Positions 27,960-39,900 of a stretch of DNA of 64,000 bases are shown one piece after another. Position numbers and translations under genes: made by a program. Where the stretch lies: assembly GCA_012295275.1 (NCBI GenBank), contig CM022669.1, positions 12,028,001 to 12,092,000 of the forward strand, written 5' to 3'. Under the pieces are notes generated by a model, which ran no database searches, had not been told where the DNA came from, and saw nothing but the letters and a program-made list of their open reading frames with translations. Positions within the stretch are counted from its first letter, which is position 1, and every line of letters starts with the position of its first letter. This stretch comes from Chrysomallon squamiferum. Taxonomy: Eukaryota > Animalia > Mollusca.

Positions 27960-28893
27960 TATATTTGAACTTCACACATGTATTTCCTATCCCAGCAAAT
28001 TATACACGACTGTTTTATCAAAGACCGTTGTTTGTACTGTCATAGAAAATAGGTAAAGCCCGTCGCATTGTGGTAGGACTCACTAGCAGGTTTTCACTCT
28101 AAATAATTTTGCAGTCCTCTGCTATATGTAACTGTTTCTTTAATATGTGTTCAGGATATCTTTAAATAAAACATTTTTCTATTCCTTTGAATCAGATAAG
28201 CTGTACAAAGAAAAACTCCAATAGAGTATAAATAAAAACATATAAACAAACAATCTACAACAAATCTGGACCATTTGTTGTTGTTTTGTTATTATTATTA
28301 TTATTATTATTGTTACTCGGGTTTATGGATGAAAAGCACTTTCTCTGTTAAATCAAATAAATCAATAAATAAATAAATAAAATTAAAATTAAAAAATATA
28401 TATGTAGATGAAGTCGCCAAAAACAATAACAAAAAACGACAAAAAGAAACAAAAAAGAAACAAATCAAAAACTAATTGATAACTAATTGTTGTGAAAATA
28501 GTTTATACGAAACTCAAAGTAAACAACAAATAATTATTCGCTAATTTATTAGTTTATGAAATAACTTTAATGTATGACAGTTTATAAATATTGTATTCTT
28601 AATTAACTGTACTAATTATAATGGCTTAATTCTCAATTTAAATACGAAACTTAAAATAACATACTAACTTCGAGAAAATAACATGGCGGTCGTTCATTAC
28701 TGAATCTGTTTAACCTGTTCTTTCGAATTTATACCAAACAGATTCCTTAAAAAGAGAGTGACACTTATTTGGCGTATGCTATTAGTGATTCTTATATTCT
28801 ATCAGGCAAAGGTTTGATTGCATTTCGATCGAAGCGTGCAAAAAAAATGCCTGTTGGTTGTCTGTAAGTGTAAGTCGGTACTCGTTTTCAAAA
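26750..28893. promoter_or_regulatory. Divergent promoter/leader region shared by CHSY1 and RPRD2
   Basis: Head-to-head starts about 2.5 kb apart; visible CpG enrichment at ~26750-27400 and ~28640-28900 relative to introns; YY1-like AACATGGCGG at 28680-28689. TSSs cannot be determined. Confidence 0.6.
27844..27958. repeat. Compound (AATG)n-(AAT)16-(TAT)14 repeat forming a spacerless palindrome at 27871-27958
   Basis: The ORF track reads N16-Y14 here; symmetry centre between 27914 and 27915. Confidence 0.95.
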
Positions 28894-29047
28894 ATGGCGT
28901 CTGATCTTGATGAGGATAATGTACAGAAAAAGCTCGATAGTGTTACCAGTGCTCAAGATAGCATTCAGAGCATGTCAATGTGGATAATTCATCACAAAAA
29001 TCACCACAAGAAGATAGTTAATGTTTGGCTAAAAGCTTTAAAGAAAG
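28894..29047 (+). CDS. RPRD2: RPRD2 coding exon 1
   Basis: AAAATGG start, MASDLDEDNVQKKLDSVTSAQDSIQSMSMWIIHH..LKK, donor G|GTATTA. Confidence 0.88.
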
Positions 29048-32000
29048 GTATTACTTGATTGTTACGTGTTTTGTTTTTTTGTGTGTGTGTTATTTTCCCC
29101 CCTCATATTCCTGAACTGATAAAGTTTATAAGTTACAGTTGTAATAATACTAACATTTCCACATGTTCTTTATTGAGTTACTGACTAATTTAATATGTTT
29201 ATTTTCAACACATTGATTTACTGCCAGGAGTGTTAAAATACAAAGAGCTACTATTTGCACTTCTAAGTTGTATATTAAATATAAAATATGTATAATAATA
29301 AATATATATTTTATTTTTATTATTCACTTATTTAACTTATTTTGCAACAAGTTAGAGAATGAATGGTTATTTTTTTAAAACTACACTGCATTACCTTATT
29401 GGTGATAGTTATCAGTTCAAGTAGTTTTCATTAATTTATTTATGCTTTATAGTGACATGGGTTACCTGTCTTTATGTGCATCATAAATATAATTTACATA
29501 TAACATCATTTAATAAGGTAAGATAGGAAATAACCCAGTGATTGCTGATTTTAACTAAACTAATATTTTTATTTGTAAAGTTCTAAATTCACAAAGGTAT
29601 TAGTACATTATAAATATCATTAAAATTTTCTTTTAATTTTCAGCAAAGAGTAAACATAAGCTCACATTATTTTATCTGTGTAATGATGTTGTTCAAACCT
29701 GTAAGAAGAAACATGCTCTTGTCTACAAAGATAGCTTCAAAGGAGTACTTAAAGAAGCAGCTGGATTTGCAAGGTTTGTTTAATGTGTGTGTGTGTGTGT
29801 GTGTGTGTGTGTTCAATTATTGTGAAATAGTTTTGTTCACATAAGATAATTATGCTGTACTCAAAAGAAATTTTCAGCAGTTGGTCCTTCCCTGTTTTCT
29901 ATTTAAAAAAGAAAAGAAGAAAAAAGAAGTTAAATTAAATATTTAATATCATTAATATTTATTTTTATTATTATTTTAAAATGAAGAAGGAATAATTGTG
30001 CATAAAAAGAACATCTCAGATGTTTTTATTGGATTTGGATTTTAATTTGATTTTATACAATCCCACTATGGTCTAAACCCTAATTATTATTCATATTTAA
30101 AAAAACAAATTTGTTTAACCAAGTTGAATAGTTGAACCTGTATTGCATATAAATATTACTGTTGGGTATTCAGATACCAACTTTCCAGTACCTATTTGAT
30201 GCTTAGCTTTAATTGTATATTTAATTGTAAAATATCTCAGTTAAGACTGTAAGAAAACTGTGTGATAGTATTAATTGATACAAACCAGTTGTTTATTTAA
30301 ATTTATAACCTTTGTCAAGTTTGCTTTTTCTGGTTTGTTACCAAAATCATAGGTTTTTATTTAGATGTTTGATATCTTACTGCTCTAGATTTCATTGTAC
30401 AAACCACATTAAGATTTTATTGTGTGATCAACTTCAAGTTCTAAATTATTAATAAAATGTATCTCCTGCACAAGTAGGGGATCCGACTAATTTATAGCCA
30501 TTTATTTTACATTGTAGTGTTGTATTTTGTAAAATATACAGTACTAATATTAAAAAATAAAGTTAAAATGTATGCAGTGGAACATTTTCTTTAGTAATTA
30601 TTATTTGAATCTGAGGTTTATATTGTACAGCCATAATTTTAAAATAATAAAATGAAATAAAATATATATATGATTATTATTATTTTTTAAAATTCTTTTT
30701 GAAAGATGGTGTGAATTTTAATGCTTTTACTATAATTGAATGTTTTAGTGTAATTATTAATTGTATCTAGTGTCAGTTTAAGTAATAAAATATTTTTTTC
30801 TTTCCACAGGGAAGAAACAATTAAACCAAAAGTGGAAAGAATCTTCAAAATCTGGGAGGAACGAATGGTTTATGACGGCAAATTCATGAAGTCACTGAAA
30901 AAGCAACTAAGTATGATATCAATAATTACATATTAAACTGAAAACCACTTCTTATAATTCACCTCATCCTATTCATGTGTATATATTTTAATTTTAGTTG
31001 CATTTTAATGACTTGGCAAACAATTCTTTTCATTGATTGAGGCATGGTGTTGAAATAGTAATAGAAGATACATTAATCAGTTATTATAATGTAATTATTT
31101 CTTACATTGCATATTGTGTTCAAAAATGCATTTTTATTGGTTTGCTTCTTGCTGAATCTGCAGCACAAAGTTTACTTGCTATTGTTAATCTGATTCAGAC
31201 TGTCATGAATATTTAAGCAATTTATACGGTGAAATTAAATGTTTAGTGAGATTAAAGCACATTTAATGTTAACATTTTATTAACAAAACTGGAGTAAACA
31301 GTGAAAAAAAGCAAATAGTAATAAAATATTCAGAAAGGATTCAGTGTATATTTTGTCCAAACTTTGTCCATGCATGCACACATAAACATACAGCAGAACA
31401 ATTGTTTTCAGACAAAAAGACTGTGCCTCCTGTGCCACTGTTTTCAGACACTAAAACTTGCTCACCAGTGGTGGATTTGTCTGTTGCTAAGGAGACGATA
31501 CAACCATTACCTGTCATCGCCCCCGAGCCAACTTACATTGATCCAAAACTTGTGGCCGAGTTTAAGGTATAAAATTATTATTATTATTTTTAAAATAAAG
31601 TTTTTTTGTTATAAAATTGTTTTTCAGTCCTCTTCACAACATTCATTAGGCTGTTTTCCCATTCTGGCCAGTTACCAATAACTGACACAATGAAACATTA
31701 ATGTCAATGTTTTCTTATTTTTATGGAAAGCTGCATATAAGAAATTCCTTGTTGTTGATCACAGAGCAGTAGCAAAATGTTTCCAGTCATAACCTCATTA
31801 TACAAACGTCATTTATCTAATAACGAGTAACGGGCAACATTAAAATATTTTATTTGACATGTTTAATATTTTCTGGTTATATTTGTTTTATTTTTATTTT
31901 TTTAGGTTTAAATGCACTAGTTATTAAAGTCATTTCTTTTATTTTTATTTGTTTTGTTTATAAATCACAGGGTCAAAGTTCATTTTTGTTTCATTACCAG

Positions 32001-32831
32001 ATTGTTTTCTTGCCTTTATTATATAACATTTCGTAATTCATTTTGACTTTTTAATAAATTAGCTGTTACTGTTTGCAGCCATCTCATTTAATCGAGAAGA
32101 TAACTTTATTCAAGAAACTCGAAACAGCAGCAGAACTTAAACAGAGACAGTTGGCTATTCTCAAAATGGATGCATCCAATTTAGAAGCTGTTCGACAACT
32201 TAAAGGTAAAATTTAAAAAATATAAACAAATATTAAAAAATCTAAATATATGAGACATTTGATAAAACTGTTAATTAAAAGAGGTTCAAACTATCAAGTG
32301 TTTATGTTAAATGTTCTGTTGCGTATGTTGATTTGTCATCTGTGATTATATATGGGTAACTGTTAACATTGATGCTAATTATGCTTAAAGCTATTTTATT
32401 TTAAATAAAGAGAAAATAATGTGTACCTGGGTTTTCATTACATGTTGAAAATACTTTATATTTGTCATATAAACAATAACAATAATGAATTGTTTATTTT
32501 GTTGTAAAATGAAACGCTTTTGAACATTTTCATATTACTGAGAGGTTTATATATAATACCTGTACACACAGATATTAAAAGTGAAAGATATTATAATTTT
32601 AGTTACTTCATAAACATTAATAAGTTGAAATGTCATTTAAATGACATGCAGTTTGTAGTGAAATGTTTTTGAAACACCACTTCCTTCACTTTAATAATTA
32701 ATATGTCTTTATATTATGTTTTCAAAGACATAGCTGCCAGCATGTTGAAATTGTTTTTAAAATAATATAATCTCTCTTTCACTTAGTTGATTTTTCTTTC
32801 TTATACATATTTTTTATTTTTCTGAGCATGC

Positions 32832-32875
<44 letters not shown>

Positions 32876-35800
32876 ATATATTATATGTGTGTTTATATAT
32901 TTTGTATGTCTGTATGAGTCTGATACTTAAAAATTTGTTAATTTCTTTTTTCACAGATAAGGCCCATGGGAAGGAATTTTCTGTTCAGTTTGAAGAGTCC
33001 TGTGTTAAACTTGAGGACTATGTTGAAATTTTGGCTGATGAAATCACTGAAAGAAAAACTCTTATTCAGCTGACAGAAATATCCGAGATGTTCTATGATG
33101 AACAGTATAGAGAAGCCAAAATTGTTGCAAATGTGAGTAGAAGACACCATTATTTTTACTGTTTTGCTAGTTACAAACACCAATATACATTAAACCAATT
33201 TTAAAGACAATAAAGAGATCTTAGAATCATTAATAATTTGATTTACAGATCTAGGAAATAATATTTTAAAATTTAATTAATCATTATAATACACATTTCT
33301 TTCTAAGAACTTCTCCATAAATTAAAATTAACTTCTATTGTTCAGTTCTTATTTTCAAACTCGGTTTTCTATAAATACTTAAAAATTAAATAATTTGGTC
33401 ATTAATCATTTATTTAACTGTTAATAATAATTTTGATCTTTTAATTGATTTGATATATGTGATAATTCATAAATTCATTTATTTAGGCATTAGTTATTCA
33501 TTTAATTGTTACAATTGTTTGTATAGGCATATAAAAACTTTGGTACTCGGATTGCTAATATGAATAAGAAGCTGAATGATCTGCTGAAGACTCTCCCTGA
33601 TCCAAACAGTCCTGTGCCATCTCCTGTGGAAGATGCCCCATCCCCTGAGGCAACCCCACCCCAGAAAGACGACAATGAACCAGTTGACATGGAGATGTCA
33701 GATGATGAAATAGATCAGATGCTTGGTGAGTTTATAATTCTTGGTGTGTGTGTGTGTGTGCGTGTGTGTGTACTGTAACGGAAATAATGTTAATATAGAT
33801 ATTTTTAAATAATTTTTATTTATTTATTTAAATAATGTATTTTATTTTATTTTATTTCATTTTATTTTATTTTATTTAAAAAAAAAAAGATTAAAAAAAA
33901 AAAAAATTATGGATATTTTTATGTTTTAAAATTTACCTTTTTTATTATAGCCAGTAATAAAAATAATGTGCAGTTTTCAGAGAACCAATGCAGTAACTGC
34001 ATAAATTATATTAATATGATTTAGCATACATAATTCATTTAACATCTGTCAGTTGCATCTCAGAAAATATGTTAAATAATGAAACAAGTATTTATAGTAT
34101 TTGTTCATTGTTGGATCAATATCTCACAGTACCCTTTCTAAATGTAAAAGATCTTTTGTTTTAATCAGTAAACATAGCCTTTTGTGTGGAATCAGGTTTC
34201 TTCTCTTATATGATTGTGTGTGTGTGTGTGTGTGTGTGTGCACATGTATTTCTATATATATATATATATATAATCTTTTTTTCTTCTTTTAATGTATAAC
34301 TTAATATTAAGACTTCATATTTATTACATGTATAAAAGATTTGGGTTAGGGGGATATAATTTTAGAAATTAATGTGGAAATGGTGTTGCGAGTTGACTTA
34401 AAAATGATGTATCAATATTTATTTATTCTTGCTTTTTTTTCAGAGCCGCCAAATGACGCCCCATCACCAGAGAGATCACCAAACTCACAGAATATGTCAA
34501 ATGACAGCAGAGATAAAATGTCATTTGGTATTGGAGGTATATCATTTGTTGCAAACATATTTATTAGTTATAAAATGACATAGTTTTCCTAGTTTTTATT
34601 GTTTTAACACTTGCATAATTTTGTAATTTAAATGATTACATCATTTTTCAGAATGCAGTAATTGTATGGTTTGTTGTTGTGTTTTCTGTGTGTTAAATAT
34701 GTTATTTACTTAGATATTTTGTTAATTTATTTAAAAAATCAATAGAAAATATATATATTTTCTTTTAATCCATAACCACAAATGAAAATGTATTTCTTTG
34801 AATGGCTTTTGATTTATATCCTTCAGCTGCACCAGAATATTATTTATCGAATACAAATAGAAAAAGAAATAAAAGTTTTATAAAAACAAATTTTTCAGCT
34901 TCTGGCAGAATGGTTGGTCAGGAAAGTCTGGAGTCACGTATAGCAAATTTGGTGCCAACATCCGAACCGCAGGACAGTTTGTCTGTTTCATTTCTCCAGC
35001 AGAAGACTAAAGAAGTACCAGTTTTCAACCCCTCCAAAGTTCTCGGTCCTGGCTTTGCATCCCTCGCTGTTGATGAAGGAAACTCGACACCTCTAGCTGA
35101 TGAGAAGGGAGGCAGCACTCCTGTGCTTGATGAGGTACCAGAGTTGTCTTCTCCTGGAGAGACGTCACACAGGGAACAGATGAACAGTTTGCACAACTCG
35201 GACTCGTCTGAGCCAGGAGGGAAAAAACAAAATCCCATTGACTTTCTCACCAAGTTAATATCAAACACTAAAAAGACAGCACCAGTGTCGGCTGATTTTC
35301 TTCAGAATCTGAGTCTTCTGAATTCAACAGTCAACGCACAGGGTGATAAGGATTCAGAGTCAGCAGACGCTCCAGCTCCTAAGTCGTGGGCAGCATGGAA
35401 AGCCAAAGTGAATCAGAGTTCAGATTCAGAAGTGTCTGAAAGGTCTCCTCAGCAGATAATGACCTTAAACTCTAAACCCATTACACCAGGACTGTCCGAG
35501 TCATCTCCGTCACCAATACAGACTCTCACTTCTCATCCACTTTCCACTTCAGCCACGGAGATACAGACACCTGTTTCTGCCCCACCCGATACTCTGCACT
35601 CTTTACAGATTCCACCATCGTCATCATCCCAGTCGGCTTTGGCAGCGGCGACCCAGATGTCGGCTCCACCCCCGTTGCAAGGTGAGCCGGCCCAGGGGCA
35701 GTTTGCAATGCAAGGAGCTCCACACCAGTTCCCCAACCTGGCAGTACCTCCACCACAGACACCACTGCAGAATCAGTACATGCAGACTACACCACCCTCA

Positions 35801-36979
35801 TATCCCTCACTGCAGGGGCCACCGCCAACACACCTAGCAACGATGCCTCCTCCACAGTCGTCAGGGCAGGGGCCACCAATGGGTCCTCCTCCTGGATCAC
35901 CTTTTCAGTCTACTCAGAACGCACCCCCTCTTCCTCCACCAGGACATCCGATGTCAAGATTCAATCTTGATATTCCACCACCCCCGTTTGCCCCTCCTCC
36001 AAACACTACTGCTGGGTTCAACAGCATGAGTTGTCCACCCCCTCCGTTTTTCTCACAAAATGAAAACTGGTCAGGTCCAACCAGTCCTCATGTCTTGGGC
36101 TCGGTGGTCAGTCCTGACCAGATGTTTAACCAAAGACCAAACTTTCCAAATTCCTCTCAGTTCTCTTCACCTCCATCACATATGCCACTGCATCCTCCCA
36201 AAGGCATCCTGAGGAACAAGCAGGCGTCAATGGGAGAAATGCACCAAGCTCCGGATCAGATGTTGGATCATCCTCTCATTCCTGGAGGCCCCAAACCTCC
36301 CTCCATGGCCCCATCTCCGCTGATGAACAGGTCAGAGTCGGGTGATGATTTACAGGAGTTCAGGGAAAAGCTGAAGCGCAAATCAACAGAATCACAACCA
36401 GATGGTCCTCCTAAGATGCAGAATAAAGGAGTATCTCGACAGAATTTGACTACAATAACACTGCAGGACATTTCCACGATAAATGACAGTAAAAATACAG
36501 ATAAGAACGTCTCTCACGAGTCAACAACAGGTGCTAGTATTGAAAATAACACAGCAGCAGACCATGATGCATCAGGTGAGGGCAAATCAGACGATGTCAA
36601 ACAGAAAACGAGCTCGGAGAGTTTAGACCAGACCGAAGGATCACCCATTCATTTAATTAGCACCGTCGGGAGCTCTATTCAGAGGATTGAAACTCTCAAC
36701 AGACATAATGACAGCCGGATTTCATCAGTTGGATCTAGTCATGCTGGATCGCGTCTGGCAAGTCAGATCCACGCAGTGAGATACGAGCGCAATCCAGAGT
36801 ACCAGGATGACCAGTTCAACCGAAACGGGCGAGACCGAGATCACCAGGTGTATGGTAGCAACAGATTTAGAGATGGATATTCTCGCGATCCTTACAGTCG
36901 CGACATGTATGGAGCCCCTCCATCCAAGAGACGATTTTCAGACTCCAATGATCCGTGGAGACATTACAACAGATATTAA
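28894..36979 (+). CDS. RPRD2: Regulation of nuclear pre-mRNA domain-containing protein 2-like (CID + coiled coil + long Pro/Ser-rich tail), ~1070 aa
   Basis: join(28894..29047,29644..29773,30810..30910,31412..31566,32079..32205,32957..33132,33527..33725,34444..34536,34899..36979); all GT-AG with consistent phases. CID motifs QDSIQSMSMW, LTLFYLCNDVVQ, VERIFKIWEER; RPRD2-type FYDEQYREAKIVANAYKNF, LPDPNSPVPSP..DAPSP and DMEMSD. Confidence 0.88.
29644..29773 (+). CDS. RPRD2: RPRD2 exon 2
   Basis: TTTTCAG| AKSKHKLTLFYLCNDVVQTCKKK..GFAR, AG|GTTTGT. Confidence 0.9.
30810..30910 (+). CDS. RPRD2: RPRD2 exon 3
   Basis: TTTCCACAG| EETIKPKVERIFKIWEERMVY..KQL, A|GTATGA. Confidence 0.9.
31412..31566 (+). 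CDS. RPRD2: RPRD2 exon 4 (second in-frame acceptor would start it at 31448)
   Basis: Linker ending IDPKLVAEFK, AAG|GTATAA; phase 1 in, phase 0 out. Confidence 0.75.
31625..31850 (+). mobile_element. Degenerate SINE-like repeat in RPRD2 intron 4
   Basis: CATTAGGCTGTTTTCCCATTCTGGCCAGT..GGAAAGCTGCATATAAGAAATTCCTTGTTGTTGATC..AGTAGC parallels the motif at 23986. Confidence 0.42.
32079..32205 (+). CDS. RPRD2: RPRD2 exon 5
   Basis: TTTGCAG| PSHLIEKITLFKKLE..AVRQLK, G|GTAAAA. Confidence 0.85.
32957..33132 (+). CDS. RPRD2: RPRD2 exon 6
   Basis: TTCACAG| DKAHGKEFSVQFEE..REAKIVAN, AAT|GTGAGT. Confidence 0.9.
33527..33725 (+). CDS. RPRD2: RPRD2 exon 7
   Basis: TATAG| AYKNFGTRIANMNKKL..LPDPNSPVPSP..DMEMSDD, G|GTGAGT. 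Confidence 0.9.
34444..34536 (+). CDS. RPRD2: RPRD2 exon 8 (ends at 34527 or 34536)
   Basis: Poly-T CAG acceptor, EPPNDAPSPERSPNSQ.., symmetric phase 1-1. Confidence 0.7.
34899..36979 (+). CDS. RPRD2: RPRD2 terminal coding exon (Pro/Ser-rich disordered tail)
   Basis: About 2.1 kb open frame with coding-like GC; acceptor TTTTTCAG|CT (phase 1); SLESRIANL, tandem STPxxDE, ends HYNRY-TAA. Confidence 0.85.
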
Positions 36980-39900
36980 TTTCAGATGTATCCGAAAAAA
37001 TTATTCTGTTGTTCACTGTTAAATAAACTATAAAATATGTTAGATCATGTTTTAATAACTGTGGGCATTTTATACTTGGTAATTTCATTGTTGAAATTAT
37101 TTCGCACCAAACAAACATTATATAGTGCCCACTTTATTCTCATACATATAAAAAGCAAGGCAGCTTGTGATATCTGAATGAGTGGTCCTTTCGTTAAAAG
37201 ACATCATCCTTTTATCATCTTGTGATTTACACTTTTGACACTGGTGACTTGGTAAACATTCGTAATTAATGTTTACTTCATCATACTGGTTTGTGGAGAG
37301 AGAAAAAAAATGTTATCTTTTAATGTGAATGGTTAGTATTACTTGGTTATTGTAGTCATGTGCTGACTGATGTTCTTAATGTTAAGCCTGACTCTTTTTA
37401 AAAACAGCTGCTTTCTAGTATTATTCTTCATTATGTTTATGGAGATAAAAATTGAAAATGTTCCATTGTGTGTTCACTTTGTGTGTTGACAGTACATAAT
37501 AGAAAGAAAAGAAAAAAATGAAAAAAAAAAAATACAGCAACTAATTAATCTGTTAACAGTATTTTCAAAGTTTCGTTAACTTATTATAAAGTGGAATTAA
37601 ATCCACAAAAATTCCACATGAAGGTTTTTATTTTTTTAATCTGCATTTTTATAGAACCAGTTCAACATTTTTTTGTATTTTACTGAGATTTTTTATATAT
37701 TTTTTTTATTTATTCTTTCTGTTTCTAAATTGATAACTAATTATTTTTAAAAGTTCAGTTTGTATTTAATTATTTATTTTAATAAAAGAAGAAAGATTTC
37801 TATCTGTTATCCCACTGCTATGTTGGAGACTGAGATTATATCCAAAGAAATATCCCTTTGACATTTCAGTGGTAATGGTAGATGATATCTTTTAGGGCAA
37901 GCATAAAATAGGCAGCAAATAAATAGGTTTTCAAGTTTCCATGATCAGTTCAAAGTGTGTTACAGTTTCATTTTAAATTTTGATAAAGGGCAGATAACAC
38001 AGCAAATGTCATACACTTATCTGATCACGATACACTTTTCTCTGTATTTCATTTGCAATTTAATAACATTGAATGACAAATGAAAAGTTGTTTTTTTTAA
38101 ATTTATTTAACTCCATCTAAGAAACTCCATCTAAGAATTTTTACCTTTTTTTTTTTAATTATTTAATTAATAAATATTGTTTATAACATTAAAAAAAAAA
38201 AAAATTAAATTCTGTTTTCATATTTGAAATATTTAGTTCATTAAATTATTTATTTCTTACAAGGGGAAACTGTATTATCGTTTTCCATTAGATCTCATTA
38301 ACTGCACAGAAATCTTTTACACAACCACAGAGCTTTCTAAATTATTATTAATGAGTAAGAGGTTTTTAGAATTAGAAGAAAAAAACAACTGAATTTTGGC
38401 ATTAATCACTGACTTAAGGTTTAAAGGTTTACACAATGAAGCAGACCTTATTAACTGATTCAGAATGTCAACATAACCCTATAAAATTTAAAATAATCAT
38501 GAATGAGATGGAAGAAAATGGTTCATTCTTGCATCCATTCTCAATTTAATTGCTCATCCTGTTCATCTTGTTTGTGTTGTGTGGTAATGTTTTGCTGGTG
38601 CATTTTGCAGGTAAAGCACCAAACTCATTCTAGTCACTTACATTCAATATACATGTTCATTTGTTTCACCATTTCATTTATTTCACTGTAAGGAATTCAA
38701 AAACCCCCATTGCAGATATACAAATAAGTACATGCTGCATAAAGTGCTACCTTCTGTTTTGCTTGCATCTCATTCAAACAAATACTCATGATTATTTTAG
38801 ACATTATATTGAGATTATCTGATGCTCTGAATCAATTGTAAGGTCCATTAGATAAAGCTTAAGATGACGTTTCATCTGTTCAGCATATAAATTTGTTTTG
38901 CTATGCCACATTTTTTTTAATTATTAAAAATCAAAATTTAAGAAATTGGGAATAAGTAATTCTGCTGTTCTGTTCTTTATTATTTATTTATTTATTTATT
39001 TATATATTATTATTATCATTATTATTATTATTATTATTATTAATATTTTTTATTGCATTTCTCATTTGCAAATGTGAAACCACAAACACACTTAACCTTG
39101 TTTTAAATTATTATTCCAAAATCAAAAAATATTTTTTGGCAGTAAAGAAAAGGTATAATTTCACTTTACACCCTATTCAAAATGCATTTAAAATAATTTG
39201 TCCAAACTGTAGAACACATTTAAAATTATCCATATTTTTTTAATTCATAAATACAAATTACAAAATATCACTTTCTCTTTAAACTGTAGGTGTATGTTAC
39301 TTCATAGCAGTGGTAAGTGAATGGTTTATCAGTGAATATTTTTCATTGGATATAATATTTTTTGTTTGTTTTTTTAAATGACTACACAAAAGTTTACTGT
39401 TCCATTTTACCATATTTAATAAAACCAACAGCTATCATTAAAAAGATATTAAAATAATTTAGTTTTTCATCAGTGATGAAAACCTGTCGTACTGTTAGAA
39501 GAAAAATGTTTGTATTTGTGACTTGTAATAAAATTGTTAGAGTGGACTTGCTTTTCTAGAAACACTTTCTAACTAGAGTGGTGGGTATGGTTATAAAAAA
39601 AAAACATTCACTTACAAAAGTATTCAATTGCTGAAAAATAGTATAGAATGATTAAATTAGACGTTTATGCAATGCATGTTTGAAAAATAAATACAAAATA
39701 TAATTTATTGATTATTTGAACAAATTCATTCGGTATAGTGCAAAATGGAGCATCACATACATACTTAATACACAGTTTCAACATGACACCAAATTAGATA
39801 AGGCATAATTTATTCAACTTATTCAGATCCATACACATATATGCAGTTCATGTTATTTAACTCTTTTAAAAAATATATATATATATACAAATAAATTTCT

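Noticed and set aside
34802-36979. 725-aa ORF as a stand-alone gene
   Set aside because: Its first codons are AT-rich intron-like sequence with phase-compatible acceptors; it completes RPRD2.
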